Positions 10,831-19,934 of a stretch of 64,000 bases of DNA are shown here, in pieces. How positions within the stretch are numbered: the stretch's first letter is position 1; every line of letters begins with the position of its first letter. A program made the translations under genes and the position numbers. The notes under the pieces were generated by a model. The model did not search any database, was not told the DNA's origin, and saw nothing but the letters and a program-made list of their open reading frames with translations. Where the stretch lies: the NCBI GenBank assembly GCA_965224025.1, contig OZ245033.1:2400001-2464000 (forward strand), read 5' to 3'. This stretch comes from Candidatus Multivorans sp. (GTDB taxonomy: Bacteria > Acidobacteriota > Thermoanaerobaculia > Multivoradales > Multivoraceae).

Positions 10831-11843
10831 GCCGCAACGTCCTCCTGGGAGCGCGGGCGTCTCGCCCGCATCCGGGGCGCAATGCCCCTGGCGACGACCG
10901 CAACATCGTGCTCCACGATGTCTCGAAGTTCTACGGCGACGTGCTGGGCGTCAACGGCGTCGACCTGGTGATCGAGCCCGGGATCACCAGCCTCGTGGGG
11001 CCGAACGGTTCCGGCAAGAGCACGCTGATGAACCTGCTCGCAGGCCTGTTGCGGCCGACCCGTGGCGAGATCGGCATTCTCGGGGTGCCGGTCAGCCGGC
11101 CGCAGGATCTGTTCCGGAGCTTCGGCTACTGCACCCAGTACGATTCCTTTCCGCGCGGCGTCACCGGCTGGCAGTTCGTCTTCTCCTACCTGCTGCTGCA
11201 CGGCCTGGACCGCAGCGCGGCGGAGCGCTTCACTGCACAGGCGCTGGAGCGGGTAGGCCTGATCGACTCGGCCCACCGCCGGATCGCGGGTTACAGCAAG
11301 GGCATGCGGCAGCGGATCAAGCTGGCTCAGGCGATCGCGCACAGGCCCCGGGTCATGGTGCTCGACGAACCGCTCAACGGTCTCGATCCGATGGTGCGCG
11401 CCGAGACCATCGAACTGTTCCGTCAACTGGCCGGTGAAGGCCAGCACGTCCTCATCTCGAGTCACATCCTGCACGAGGTCGACCTGCTCTCGGACCGAGT
11501 CATCCTGATCTCGAACGGGTACATCGTGGCGGAAGGCGAAGTGCCCGGGATGCGTGCCGAAGTCGAGGAGGTCCGCGAACAGCCGATGCAGGTGTTCGTG
11601 CGGTGCAATCGTCCCCAGTGGCTCGCCGGCCGCGCCTTCGAACTCGACCACGTCACCGAGGTCCAGCTTCACGACGACGGCGGTGGCCTTCACCTGCGCA
11701 CGCGCGACGCGGACCGCTTTCTGCGTCTGGTCGGTCAACTGGTCGCCGAGGGCGGTGTGGAGGTGGAAGCGGTCGGCCCCGCCGACAGCGACCTGCAGGC
11801 CGTCTACCGCTACCTCATGGTCGAAGAGGACGAACCGTCATGA
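10827..11843 (+). CDS. ABC transporter ATP-binding protein
   Basis: [23 protein letters not shown]; GTG start inferred from overlap with the upstream stop. Confidence 0.92.
   Translation: MSRNVLLGARASRPHPGRNAPGDDRNIVLHDVSKFYGDVLGVNGVDLVIEPGITSLVGPNGSGKSTLMNLLAGLLRPTRGEIGILGVPVSRPQDLFRSFGYCTQYDSFPRGVTGWQFVFSYLLLHGLDRSAAERFTAQALERVGLIDSAHRRIAGYSKGMRQRIKLAQAIAHRPRVMVLDEPLNGLDPMVRAETIELFRQLAGEGQHVLISSHILHEVDLLSDRVILISNGYIVAEGEVPGMRAEVEEVREQPMQVFVRCNRPQWLAGRAFELDHVTEVQLHDDGGGLHLRTRDADRFLRLVGQLVAEGGVEVEAVGPADSDLQAVYRYLMVEEDEPS
10845..10875 (+). repeat. Short REP-like palindrome inside probable CDS
   Basis: ctgggagcgcgggcgtctcgcccgcatccgg matches intergenic copies at 13248 and 53920. Confidence 0.8.
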
Positions 11844-12694
11844 CCGTGGTTCCCGGGGCCGCCGCTTCCCAGGGCTTCGACTGGGCACTGCTAGGCCGGC
11901 AGGTCGGCGGACTGGTGCGCCTCGAACTGCGCCGGCTGCTGATGACCCGCCGGGCTGTGATCCTGGGGCTTGCAGCGCTGGTGCCGGTGGGGATCGTCCT
12001 GCTGGTCGGCTCGATTCCCATCGGCGGGGAGACGGTGCTGGAACGGTTTGGCAACCGAATGGTCTACGAGACCATCTTCGAGACCGTCCTCCTCGGCGCG
12101 ATCCTGTTCTTCGGTTGCCTGTACGTGTTCTTCAATCTGTTCCGCGGTGAGATCCTCGAGCGCAGCCTGCACTACCTGTTGCTGACGCCGATCCGCCGCG
12201 AAGTGGTGGTGGTGGCGAAGTACGTCGCCGCGGTAGCCGCCGTGGCGTTGTTGTTCATGGCCAGCACGGTCCTCAGCTACCTGTTGATCTACATGCCGGT
12301 GGGTGTCTCGGGAGCCGTCGAGGATCTGACAGCCGGCCCGGGCGGCGCGCATCTCGTCGCCTACCTCGGCGTCACCCTGCTTGCGTGCATCGGCTACGGC
12401 TCTCTGTTCACGCTGATCGGCATGGTGTTCCGGAACCCGATCATCCCGGCCGGCGCCCTCTACCTGTGGGAGATGCTTCACTTTCTGCTGCCGCCGGCGC
12501 TCAAGAGACTCAGCGTGATCCACTACCTGAAGGGCCTGCTGCCGGTGCCCCTCTCCGACGGCCCGTTCGCCGTGGTGGTCGAACCGCCGCCGGTGGCCGT
12601 CTCCGTCCTCGGCCTGCTCGCCCTGACCGCGGTCGTGCTTGCGGTGACCGCCCTGATCATCCGGCGCATGGAGATCCGGTACACCGAGGACTAG
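11840..12694 (+). CDS. ABC-2 type permease
   Basis: TMs; [20 protein letters not shown]; ATGA overlap. Confidence 0.85.
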   Translation: MTVVPGAAASQGFDWALLGRQVGGLVRLELRRLLMTRRAVILGLAALVPVGIVLLVGSIPIGGETVLERFGNRMVYETIFETVLLGAILFFGCLYVFFNLFRGEILERSLHYLLLTPIRREVVVVAKYVAAVAAVALLFMASTVLSYLLIYMPVGVSGAVEDLTAGPGGAHLVAYLGVTLLACIGYGSLFTLIGMVFRNPIIPAGALYLWEMLHFLLPPALKRLSVIHYLKGLLPVPLSDGPFAVVVEPPPVAVSVLGLLALTAVVLAVTALIIRRMEIRYTED

Positions 12695-12698
12695 CGAT

Positions 12699-12783
12699 CC
12701 AGTCCGTGCGTCCGTCATCGGGCGCACGGATGGCACGCGGGCATCCTGCCCGCATCCGGGCGACGCCGCGAAGCGGCGAGCCG
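12699..12783 (+). repeat. REP/BIME-like repeat (hairpins 2+3 and gccgcgaagcggc tail)
   Basis: Aligns with 13794-13853 and with the reverse complement of 1316-1378; tail also at 15346-15360. Confidence 0.82.
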
Positions 12784-12810
12784 AATCGCCGCATCTGAGA
12801 GCATAGGCCC

Positions 12811-13236
12811 ATGGCCACCATCGACGTCGGCGGCCTCGCGATCCCTGCAGCAGCGCTCACCTTCAAGTTCGTCCGCTCCTCCGGACCGGGCGGTCAGAAC
12901 GTGAACAAGGTCGCGACGGCCGCGCAGTGCCGCCTCGACCTCGACGCGGCCGGCATCGAAGGCCCGTTGCGCCAGCGCCTGGAGGGCGTGGCTGGCAAGC
13001 GCCTCACCGTCGCGGGCGAGATCGTCGTGTCCGCCGATACCCACCGCACCCAGGCGCGCAATCGAGCCGAGGCGCTTTCGCGGCTCTCGGCGATGATCGA
13101 AGAGGCCCGCGCCGAGCCTCGTCCGCGCCGGCCGACGCGGCCCTCCGCCCGCGCCAAGGCGAAGAGACTTTCGGACAAGCGTCGGCGCGGCGAGACGAAG
13201 CAACGCCGCGGCCCGGTCGATGCGGGTCACGAATAG
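12811..13236 (+). CDS. arfB: Alternative ribosome-rescue peptidyl-tRNA hydrolase
   Basis: RSSGPGGQNVNKV and basic tail RRPTRPS..KAKRLSDKRRRG. Confidence 0.93.
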   Translation: MATIDVGGLAIPAAALTFKFVRSSGPGGQNVNKVATAAQCRLDLDAAGIEGPLRQRLEGVAGKRLTVAGEIVVSADTHRTQARNRAEALSRLSAMIEEARAEPRPRRPTRPSARAKAKRLSDKRRRGETKQRRGPVDAGHE

Positions 13237-13247
13237 CATCGTCCGGC

Positions 13248-13278
13248 CTGGGAACGCGGGCATCCTGCCCGCACCCGG
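13248..13278 (+). repeat. Short REP-like palindrome
   Basis: ctgggaacgcgggcatcctgcccgcacccgg, between convergent genes. Confidence 0.8.
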
Positions 13279-13308
13279 CGCATAGCGCCGGTCCGGTTGG
13301 AGGTGGCG

Positions 13309-13707
13309 CTACCGGAGCGCCTTCCGGCACGAGACGGTCGTGAACCGCCCGCGGTCCTCGGTCTCCAGATCGATCTCGATGTCCTGGCCGCGAGTCAGCT
13401 CATCCCACACCGCATGGTCGCGTTGAGGGCAGGCGATCTCGGCGGTCATTCGGTCTCGCTGGCGGCCGGTCATGTTCATCAGGTCGCCGGCGAACTCGGG
13501 GATCACCTGAATCCGGTGAATGAGACGGTCCACCCGTTCCAGTTCTCGGCCTACCCACACCCGGTTCCAGCCCGGACGCAACCGTGTGGGTGGAAAGTCC
13601 TGGCCGTGGCGGTAGACCAGATCGGCGCTGACGTGTGGCGCCGTGTTGCAGGCCGCGGGCAATAGCGCGGCGACGAGCAGCGGCGGCAGCAGAAGCAAGC
13701 GGCGCAT
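13309..13707 (-). CDS. Hypothetical lipoprotein
   Basis: MRRLLLLPPLLVAALLPAAC lipobox-like signal; 132 aa. Confidence 0.65.
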   Translation of the reverse strand: MRRLLLLPPLLVAALLPAACNTAPHVSADLVYRHGQDFPPTRLRPGWNRVWVGRELERVDRLIHRIQVIPEFAGDLMNMTGRQRDRMTAEIACPQRDHAVWDELTRGQDIEIDLETEDRGRFTTVSCRKALR

Positions 13708-13753
13708 CACGGCGGAGAAACTACCGCACTCTGCGGGAACGCGACAGTGCACC

Positions 13754-13853
13754 CCTGGGAACCCGGGGTGGCGCGGTTCGCGCCACCCGTGAACCATTCC
13801 GTGCGCCCTTCACCGGGCGCGCGGATGGAACGTGGGCGTCTCGCCCGCATCCG
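13754..13853 (+). repeat. Three-hairpin REP/BIME-like repeat (long form)
   Basis: ctgggaac-HP1-gaac-HP2-ggaac-HP3-atccg. Confidence 0.85.
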
Positions 13854-13894
13854 CCCGCGGTGCGTCGCTACGGTCCGAAGCTATGCTTCCGCCG

Positions 13895-15235
13895 ATGAAA
13901 TCGACAGCCCTCTTCGCGGCGTTTACCCTCACGCTCGCGGCGCCGGTCGTCCACGCCGACGACTGGCCGCAGTGGCGCGGCGCCGAACGCCGCGGCGTCT
14001 GGCACGAGGACGGCATCCTCGACCGCTTCCCCGAGGGCAGCCTGCGCTTCGTCTGGCGAGCGCCGATCGGCCCGGGCTACGGCGGCCCGGCGGTCGCCGC
14101 CGGTCGCGTCTTCGCGACCGACTTCGAGCGCTTGCCCGGGAACCGCGGTCGTGAGCGCCTCGTCGTGCTCGAGGAGACCACCGGGAAGCAACTCTGGGCG
14201 CACTCCTGGGAGACCGACCTCGCCGGTCTCATGCCCGCCTACTCGAACGGCCCGCGCGCCACGCCGACCGTCGACGGCGACCGCGTCTACGTGCTCGGTT
14301 CGGCCGGTTACCTGGCGGCGCTGGCGGTGGAGGACGGCCGGGTGCTCTGGCGGCACGACCTCGCCCTGGACTACGGTGCGGCCGTGCAGCCGTGGGGCTT
14401 CGTCGGGGCGCCGCTGGCCGATGGCCGCCAGATCATCACCCTGGTCGGCGGCGAGCCCGACGCCATGGTCGTGGCCTTCGACCGCGATTCGGGCGAAGAA
14501 CGCTGGCGATCGATGGAGGCACTCAACGAGCCCGGCTACAACCCGCCCGTGATCTACGAGTTGGGCGGCCGGCGGCACCTCATCATCTGGCACCCGAAGG
14601 GCATCGCCGGCCTCGACCCCGGCGGCGGCGAAGTGTTCTGGCAGTTCCCCTACGAGGTGGAGTACGGGCAGACCATCGCGACCCCGATCCAGGCGGGGAA
14701 CCAACTCCTCGTGTCATCCGCGTCGCACGGCTCGACCCTGATCGAGGTCGCCGAGGCGGGCGGCGTTTCTGGATCGAGCAAGCCGCAAGCCAGGATCGTC
14801 TGGAAGGGGAAGAGCTCCAGCAAGGCGGATGTCGACGGCCTGCACGCCTTCAACTCGACCCCTGCCTTCGACGGCGACATGATCTACGGCATCGGCGGCC
14901 TGGGCGCCCTGCGCGCCCTCGACCGCGCCACCGGCAAGGAGGTCTGGGCGACCTTCGAGCCCAGCGAGGACGCCCGCATCGCCACCGCGTTCCTGGTCAG
15001 GAACGGCGACCGCTACTTCATCAGCAACGACCGCGGCGAACTGATGATCGCCCGCCTGAGCCGCGACGGCTACCACGAGATCGACCGTACTCAGCTCATC
15101 GAACCGACCACGCCGAGCAGGCGCGTCCGCCGCGAACTGGGCAAGCTGCTCTGGGTCCACCCCGCCTACGCCAACGGCCACATCGTGCATCGGAACGACC
15201 AGGAGATCGTCCGCGCGTCGCTCCTGGCCGAGTAG
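13895..15235 (+). CDS. PQQ-binding-like beta-propeller repeat protein (BamB-like)
   Basis: Signal peptide then DDWPQWRG; repeated GxxLW propeller blades; GPRATPTV. Confidence 0.88.
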   Translation: MKSTALFAAFTLTLAAPVVHADDWPQWRGAERRGVWHEDGILDRFPEGSLRFVWRAPIGPGYGGPAVAAGRVFATDFERLPGNRGRERLVVLEETTGKQLWAHSWETDLAGLMPAYSNGPRATPTVDGDRVYVLGSAGYLAALAVEDGRVLWRHDLALDYGAAVQPWGFVGAPLADGRQIITLVGGEPDAMVVAFDRDSGEERWRSMEALNEPGYNPPVIYELGGRRHLIIWHPKGIAGLDPGGGEVFWQFPYEVEYGQTIATPIQAGNQLLVSSASHGSTLIEVAEAGGVSGSSKPQARIVWKGKSSSKADVDGLHAFNSTPAFDGDMIYGIGGLGALRALDRATGKEVWATFEPSEDARIATAFLVRNGDRYFISNDRGELMIARLSRDGYHEIDRTQLIEPTTPSRRVRRELGKLLWVHPAYANGHIVHRNDQEIVRASLLAE

Positions 15236-15275
15236 GCGCTCCCTCCGCCACTGGGAGGGGCGGGGCGCCGAAGAG

Positions 15276-15360
15276 GAAGGAGCGAGGCCGGCGCCTCGCG
15301 CGGTGTTTCTCGGAAAGCCGGCCTCCGGCCGGCATCCGGGCCGAGCCGCGAAGCGGCGAG
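15276..15360. repeat. Hairpin repeat module B plus REP-like palindrome
   Basis: Matches 370-417; followed by gccggcctccggccggcatccggg and gccgcgaagcggcgag. Confidence 0.8.
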
Positions 15361-15361
15361 G

Positions 15362-16147
15362 CTACGCCTTCGGCCCGGCGCCCACTTCCCCCGTCACGCC
15401 CACCGACCCAGCATCCACCACCACCGCAGCCTCCCGCCGCCTCCGCCGGGCACGAGACACCGCCAAGGTCACCAATCCCACCACCAACGCCACCACAGGC
15501 ATCAGCGGAGTCACAGTGGTCATGAGCGACTCGGGCGCCTCCTCGATCTGGTTCAACCCGTCCCGGGCGAAGTGCAGAAAGAAGATCGACGTAACCGGCA
15601 CGCTGAACCAGGGGTCGCGAAGAGTGGCTTCGACCGGCGATTCCGGCTCGCCCGCCTGCTGCGCCTCGTCCGCCTTGTCCGCGTCGTCGCCGTCTGAGCG
15701 CTTCTTGGAGGCAGCGCCGCCAGTCAGACCGAACGCCATGGCAAGCGTCGCGATCCCCAGCGCCGCCAGGAACCACACGGCGCGGTCCGTTGCCGGCGGC
15801 TCGGCGACCAGGTCCATGACGAACTGCGAGAAGAGGATGAACACGCAGAAGATCGCGGAAACCTGATACCAGGGATCGGTGAACAGCGTCGACTCGTGCC
15901 AGACAGGGCTTGTACGCGGCGCGGCTTCCTCTCCTGCTGGTTCGCTGTGGATACGTCGCAGGAGGAACGCCAGTGTCGCGACCGCCGCCGTTGCAAGAGC
16001 GACCGCGTACGCCATGGAGACGGGCGACGTGCGCAGCGCCTCGATGCTCAACAGACCGGCGTCCTCGCCGGTGAAGAGGAGGCCCATCAGCACGAGGAAC
16101 CGGGCCGACGGCTTGGACTCGTCGTGCTTCTTCTTATCTGCGGTCAC
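15362..16147 (-). CDS. Hypothetical multi-TM membrane protein
   Basis: About 6 hydrophobic segments, internal repeat (TLFTDPWY / TLRDPWF); GTGA overlap with RDD gene. Confidence 0.6.
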   Translation of the reverse strand: MTADKKKHDESKPSARFLVLMGLLFTGEDAGLLSIEALRTSPVSMAYAVALATAAVATLAFLLRRIHSEPAGEEAAPRTSPVWHESTLFTDPWYQVSAIFCVFILFSQFVMDLVAEPPATDRAVWFLAALGIATLAMAFGLTGGAASKKRSDGDDADKADEAQQAGEPESPVEATLRDPWFSVPVTSIFFLHFARDGLNQIEEAPESLMTTVTPLMPVVALVVGLVTLAVSRARRRRREAAVVVDAGSVGVTGEVGAGPKA

Positions 16148-16593
16148 CGCTCCAACACCAACGTCCGGGCGACCTTGTCGTGGAGGCACTGCCTCTTGTC
16201 CGTGAAGAGGTTCATGACGTAGCCCAACTGGAACGTGAAGAAGCAAAGATACTCGGCGAAGTGGCGGCCTGTTGCGTGGCCGAAACTGATTCGATTCCCT
16301 TCCAGGTCAGTCACGTTGATGCCAACCAGCATCTTCCCGAGCGTGGCCTGTCTATGCGACGACTCCATCACTGCGGTGTACAGCCAGACGGTCAGAACCA
16401 CGACAACCGAAGAGGCGGCATACGCGGGCGTTGTCCGAGGCGGCTCTGGCGGGAACGGGTCTCCGAGAAGCAGGAAATCGACCGCGATGAAGAAGGCCCA
16501 GAGAACCAGACCGTCGATCAGTTGAGCCACGACCCGAATCCAGAACCCCGCGTAAGTCACCCACCGAGTACCGATCTGGCCTGGGTCACCCAT
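16144..16593 (-). CDS. RDD family protein
   Basis: YAGFWIRVVAQLID, QATLGKM, KRQCLHDKVART. Confidence 0.92.
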   Translation of the reverse strand: MGDPGQIGTRWVTYAGFWIRVVAQLIDGLVLWAFFIAVDFLLLGDPFPPEPPRTTPAYAASSVVVVLTVWLYTAVMESSHRQATLGKMLVGINVTDLEGNRISFGHATGRHFAEYLCFFTFQLGYVMNLFTDKRQCLHDKVARTLVLER

Positions 16594-16799
16594 TCGTCCG
16601 CCTTCATCGAGCCATCAGTCGTTGTCGCTGGTCAGACTACTCTATTCGTCGCTGCGCCGGCGCCTCCGCACCGTGCTCAAGGCGGAGAGCGCTCCGATGA
16701 GGGGCAGGATCACGAGGAGCATGGCGAACCGGGACGGACGACCGGGACTCGTCTGACAGTCTTCACGAGGGAGGTTGTGACGTTGACTCCAAGGCTGCG

Positions 16800-17255
16800 T
16801 CAGTACTCTCGGGGCGACCCCCGAAACACCTGCTCACGGTGCCAATCGATGAAGTCGGTGTCGGGGCGCTGCTCGGCGCGCTGTGGGTGCCGGATCGGCC
16901 GACCGCTGCAGTCCAGGAGTTGCCGGAAGGCTCGGCTCTGGCCGTTCACCGCATCCGACACAAGCAGCCGGAAGCCATTGGCCGCACGCTCGAGACCGAT
17001 CGCGCCGCGGTCGAAGGTCCGGTGGTGAAGGATGCAGAGCGCCAGCCCGTTGCGCACGTCGTCAGGTCCGCCGGCGGCATGCCAGCGGATGTGGGCCGCG
17101 TCGAGCCCCACCAGGTCGTCCTCGATCCTGATATCGAAGTCGCACACGGCACACCGCCGCTCGTAGGCGGTGAGAACAGCGTGGCGAAAGTTGGGGTCGC
17201 GGGGCGTTCGTGCTCCTGACGAAACGCCCCTTTCGGCAGGTCCGGTAGCCGCTGT
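16800..17255 (-). pseudogene. Orphan HNH endonuclease domain (5'-truncated restriction-type nuclease)
   Basis: RDPNFRHAVLTAYERRCAVC..LDAAHIRWH..NGLALCILHH..FDRG; no credible start or N-terminal recognition domain before the next gene's stop. Confidence 0.72.
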
Positions 17256-17257
17256 GC

Positions 17258-17989
17258 CTACGCCCGCCGGCAGACGAACAGTTCGTACTCGCGCGGTTCG
17301 ATCTCCGAGTGATCGCAGTCCACGGCCTCTGCCTCGAAACCGACGTCGGCCAGGAGACGGAGCCACTCGGCGCGGCGGAAGAGACCGGTGATGTGGCGAT
17401 CATGCACGACCTCGACGCTGCCGTCCTCGGAGCGCAGCACGAAGGCGTAGTCGGTGGTGATCGTTGTGTCCGTGGGGTCAGGGTCCCAGCAACACTCGAG
17501 GTAGTGGGCGCTGCGGTCCTCACCGTCGCAGCCGCCGCAGTCGGTCCTGGGCCGGTAGTTCTCGCGCAGGTGGTCGGGAGCGAAGAGGGCGGCGCCGCCG
17601 GGACGGCAGTGGACGTAGGCGGTCTCGATGGCGGCGCGCAGGTCGTCGATGGTCGTCATGTAGTCGATCGCGTCGTGGACGAAGACGCAGTCGAACGTCC
17701 GGTCGAGGCGGATCGTCCGCATGTCGCCCTCGACGTGCCGGCACTCGGGGTTGAGTTGCCGGCTCATCGCCAGCATCCCGGGTGACAGGTCGACCAGGGT
17801 CATCTCGAAGTGCGCCTTGAGGTGGGAGGCGTTGTGGCCGCCGCCGCTGCCGAGTTCGAGGGCGGTGCGGGGGGTGCTGGCAGAGGCTTCGAGGAGATGG
17901 CGGCGGTAGATTCCGGCTTCCTCTTCGTACTCGTGGGGCGGCGAGATGAGGGGCCACCAGGGAGCGATTTCGGCGTAGAGCTTGGGCAT
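17258..17989 (-). CDS. Class I SAM-dependent methyltransferase
   Basis: LELGSGGG motif I, LVDLS, EGDMR, FDCVF. Confidence 0.9.
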   Translation of the reverse strand: MPKLYAEIAPWWPLISPPHEYEEEAGIYRRHLLEASASTPRTALELGSGGGHNASHLKAHFEMTLVDLSPGMLAMSRQLNPECRHVEGDMRTIRLDRTFDCVFVHDAIDYMTTIDDLRAAIETAYVHCRPGGAALFAPDHLRENYRPRTDCGGCDGEDRSAHYLECCWDPDPTDTTITTDYAFVLRSEDGSVEVVHDRHITGLFRRAEWLRLLADVGFEAEAVDCDHSEIEPREYELFVCRRA

Positions 17990-18288
17990 GATCGGACGAG
18001 GATACTGGCGGGGCTCTCGGTGGCTTTCCACCGCAACCGGCAGGCTGTCGTCGACGGCCTAGAGCGAGCGCGGCGTCTTTGGTGGCGCGTGGCCGAGCAG
18101 AAGGACCGGCCTCGGACCGCTCCCTCCGTCCGATGGCCTGGCGTCTACTCCCAACCGCTCGGAGCGCGGGGGCGCCGCCGGTGAACCGCTCCGCTTCAAC
18201 GCAAGGACCATCGGGAGTCGGCCCGACGAGCGCGTCGGGCAGTAGAAGATGAGACTCGACCGTCGAAGACGGGTGATGATGCTACGCA

Positions 18289-18428
18289 TCAGTCATCCTT
18301 GAGCAACATGTGGGCATGGTAGCCGCACAGACCATCCCTGCCATCACGATAGTCGTCCAGAGTCAGCGCCTCATGGCAAATGGCGCAGTCGTAGTTCGGC
18401 AGGCTGAAGCCGCAATCCGGTGCCAGAC
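18289..18428 (-). pseudogene. 3' fragment of IS-interrupted HEPN/Zn-ribbon gene
   Basis: CLAPDC..CAIC..LCGYH continues in frame from 19935 once the IS and one TSD copy are removed. Confidence 0.85.
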
Positions 18429-18436
18429 ACTTTTCC

Positions 18437-19934
18437 GCCTCTTTCGAGTTGCGAGTGGGTAGGGCGCGGGCGAGTGCAGATGCTGAGGGGGTCTTGGGAT
18501 AGCGGCCTCCGCCGCCGTAGCCGCCGCCGTCGGGCTGTGGAATCTGCGGAAGACCGGTAGCGGCGAGGGCGCAAGCTGTCCGGTGGGGAGGGCGTTCGCG
18601 GCGATTTCGGGTGGCGGCTGTAGTCGCGGGCGATCGGAATGAGCAAGACTCGTCTCTCCTGTTCCGACTGAAGGAGGACGAGAGATGCAGAGGGAATTGT
18701 TCGCGAGAGCGCTGGGCGTGTCGGCGCCGTGGTTCGTTGACGGCGTGGACTTCTGTGAGAGGGAGCGTCGGTTGACGATACGGATCGACTTCAGGAAGGG
18801 CAGCCGATTCGCCCACGAGGGGGACGGCGGTTCTCATCCGGTGCACGACACGCAGATCAAGCGCTATCGGCACCTCAACTTCTTCCAGCACGAGTGCCTG
18901 CTCGAGGCGCGAGTGCCCCGTGTGCGACTCCCCGACCAGCGGGTGGCGTTGGTGACTCCGCCCTGGTCGGGCAGATTGTCCGGCTTCACGCTGCTGTTCG
19001 AAGCCTTGATTCTGGCCATGTGCCGAGACATGACCTTCGCTGCGGTGGCCCGGTTGACCGGGGTGTCGTGGCATCGGGTGCACGCGATCTGCAAGCGCTA
19101 CGTCGAGCTGGCGGTCGACCGGGACGACCTCTCCGAACTGCGCCACGTGGCCATTGACGAGACTTCCCGCGCCAAGGGGCACGACTACGTGACCGCGGTC
19201 GCCGACAGCGAGCGCCGGCGCGTGGTGTTCCTCGCCGAGGGACGCAAGTCCGGCACGATCGAGGAGTTCGCCGACGATCTGCAAAGGCGCGGCGGCGATC
19301 CCGCCGCGATCAGCCGGGCGTCCATCGACATGTCGGCCGCCTTCCTCAAGGGCGTCGCCGAGAATCTCCCCAACGCCGAGGTGACCCTCGACAAGTTCCA
19401 CGTCATGGCCCTGGCCTCGAAGGCGGTGGACGAGACCCGGCGCCTCGAACAGCGCCTCGATCCGTCGCTGAAGGGCCTGCGCTGGACGCTGCTCAAGAAC
19501 CGCGACTCCCTGACGCCGGCCCAACGGGCCGACCTCGACCGCTTCGTCAAGAGGGTCGCCAGCCGACGCACCGCACGCGCCTGGCTCTATCGGGAGCAAC
19601 TCCGCGAAATTCTCAACCGCAAGCAGATCAACGTCGTGCTGCGAATGCTCCATCAGTGGTGCACCAACGTGAACCGCTCCAAGGTCGAACCCATGAAGGC
19701 CGTCGCCCGCACCATCCGAAAGCACCTGCAAGCGATCGCTGCCTGGGCGCGAACCCGGCAGACCAACGGCTTCCTCGAAGCCCTCAACGGACTCTTCCAG
19801 TCCGCCAAACGCAAGGCCAGAGGCTACAAGCGATTCGACACCATACGCATCGCCTTCTTCCTCATCGCCGGCAAACTCGACTTCCACACGCTCAACCCGC
19901 ACACCGCTTGACCCACTCGCAATTCAAAAGAGCC
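18437..19934 (+). mobile_element. ISL3-family insertion sequence
   Basis: 24-bp terminal IRs (18437-18460 and 19911-19934, 21/24 match, GGCTCT-type end); 8-bp TSD acttttcc/acttttct. Confidence 0.93.
18685..19911 (+). CDS. ISL3-family transposase
   Basis: RHLNFFQHEC, AIDETS, SIDMS, LDKFHV, TNGFLEALNG..KRKARGY. Confidence 0.95.
   Translation: MQRELFARALGVSAPWFVDGVDFCERERRLTIRIDFRKGSRFAHEGDGGSHPVHDTQIKRYRHLNFFQHECLLEARVPRVRLPDQRVALVTPPWSGRLSGFTLLFEALILAMCRDMTFAAVARLTGVSWHRVHAICKRYVELAVDRDDLSELRHVAIDETSRAKGHDYVTAVADSERRRVVFLAEGRKSGTIEEFADDLQRRGGDPAAISRASIDMSAAFLKGVAENLPNAEVTLDKFHVMALASKAVDETRRLEQRLDPSLKGLRWTLLKNRDSLTPAQRADLDRFVKRVASRRTARAWLYREQLREILNRKQINVVLRMLHQWCTNVNRSKVEPMKAVARTIRKHLQAIAAWARTRQTNGFLEALNGLFQSAKRKARGYKRFDTIRIAFFLIAGKLDFHTLNPHTA

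Noticed and set aside
12699-13853. Clustered repeats as a possible CRISPR array
   Set aside because: Irregular spacing with whole genes between copies, no repeat-spacer periodicity, no cas genes
16640-16790. Short hydrophobic-plus-RRRR minus-strand ORF
   Set aside because: Under 30 codons from ATG with no RBS; at most a gene tail
18059-18289. 76-aa ORF coupled to the HEPN gene stop
   Set aside because: TGATG coupling is suggestive, but the sequence shows no recognisable protein features
18289-19902. 537-aa minus-strand ORF
   Set aside because: Mostly antisense to the transposase; only the last ~46 codons are real and belong to the interrupted gene
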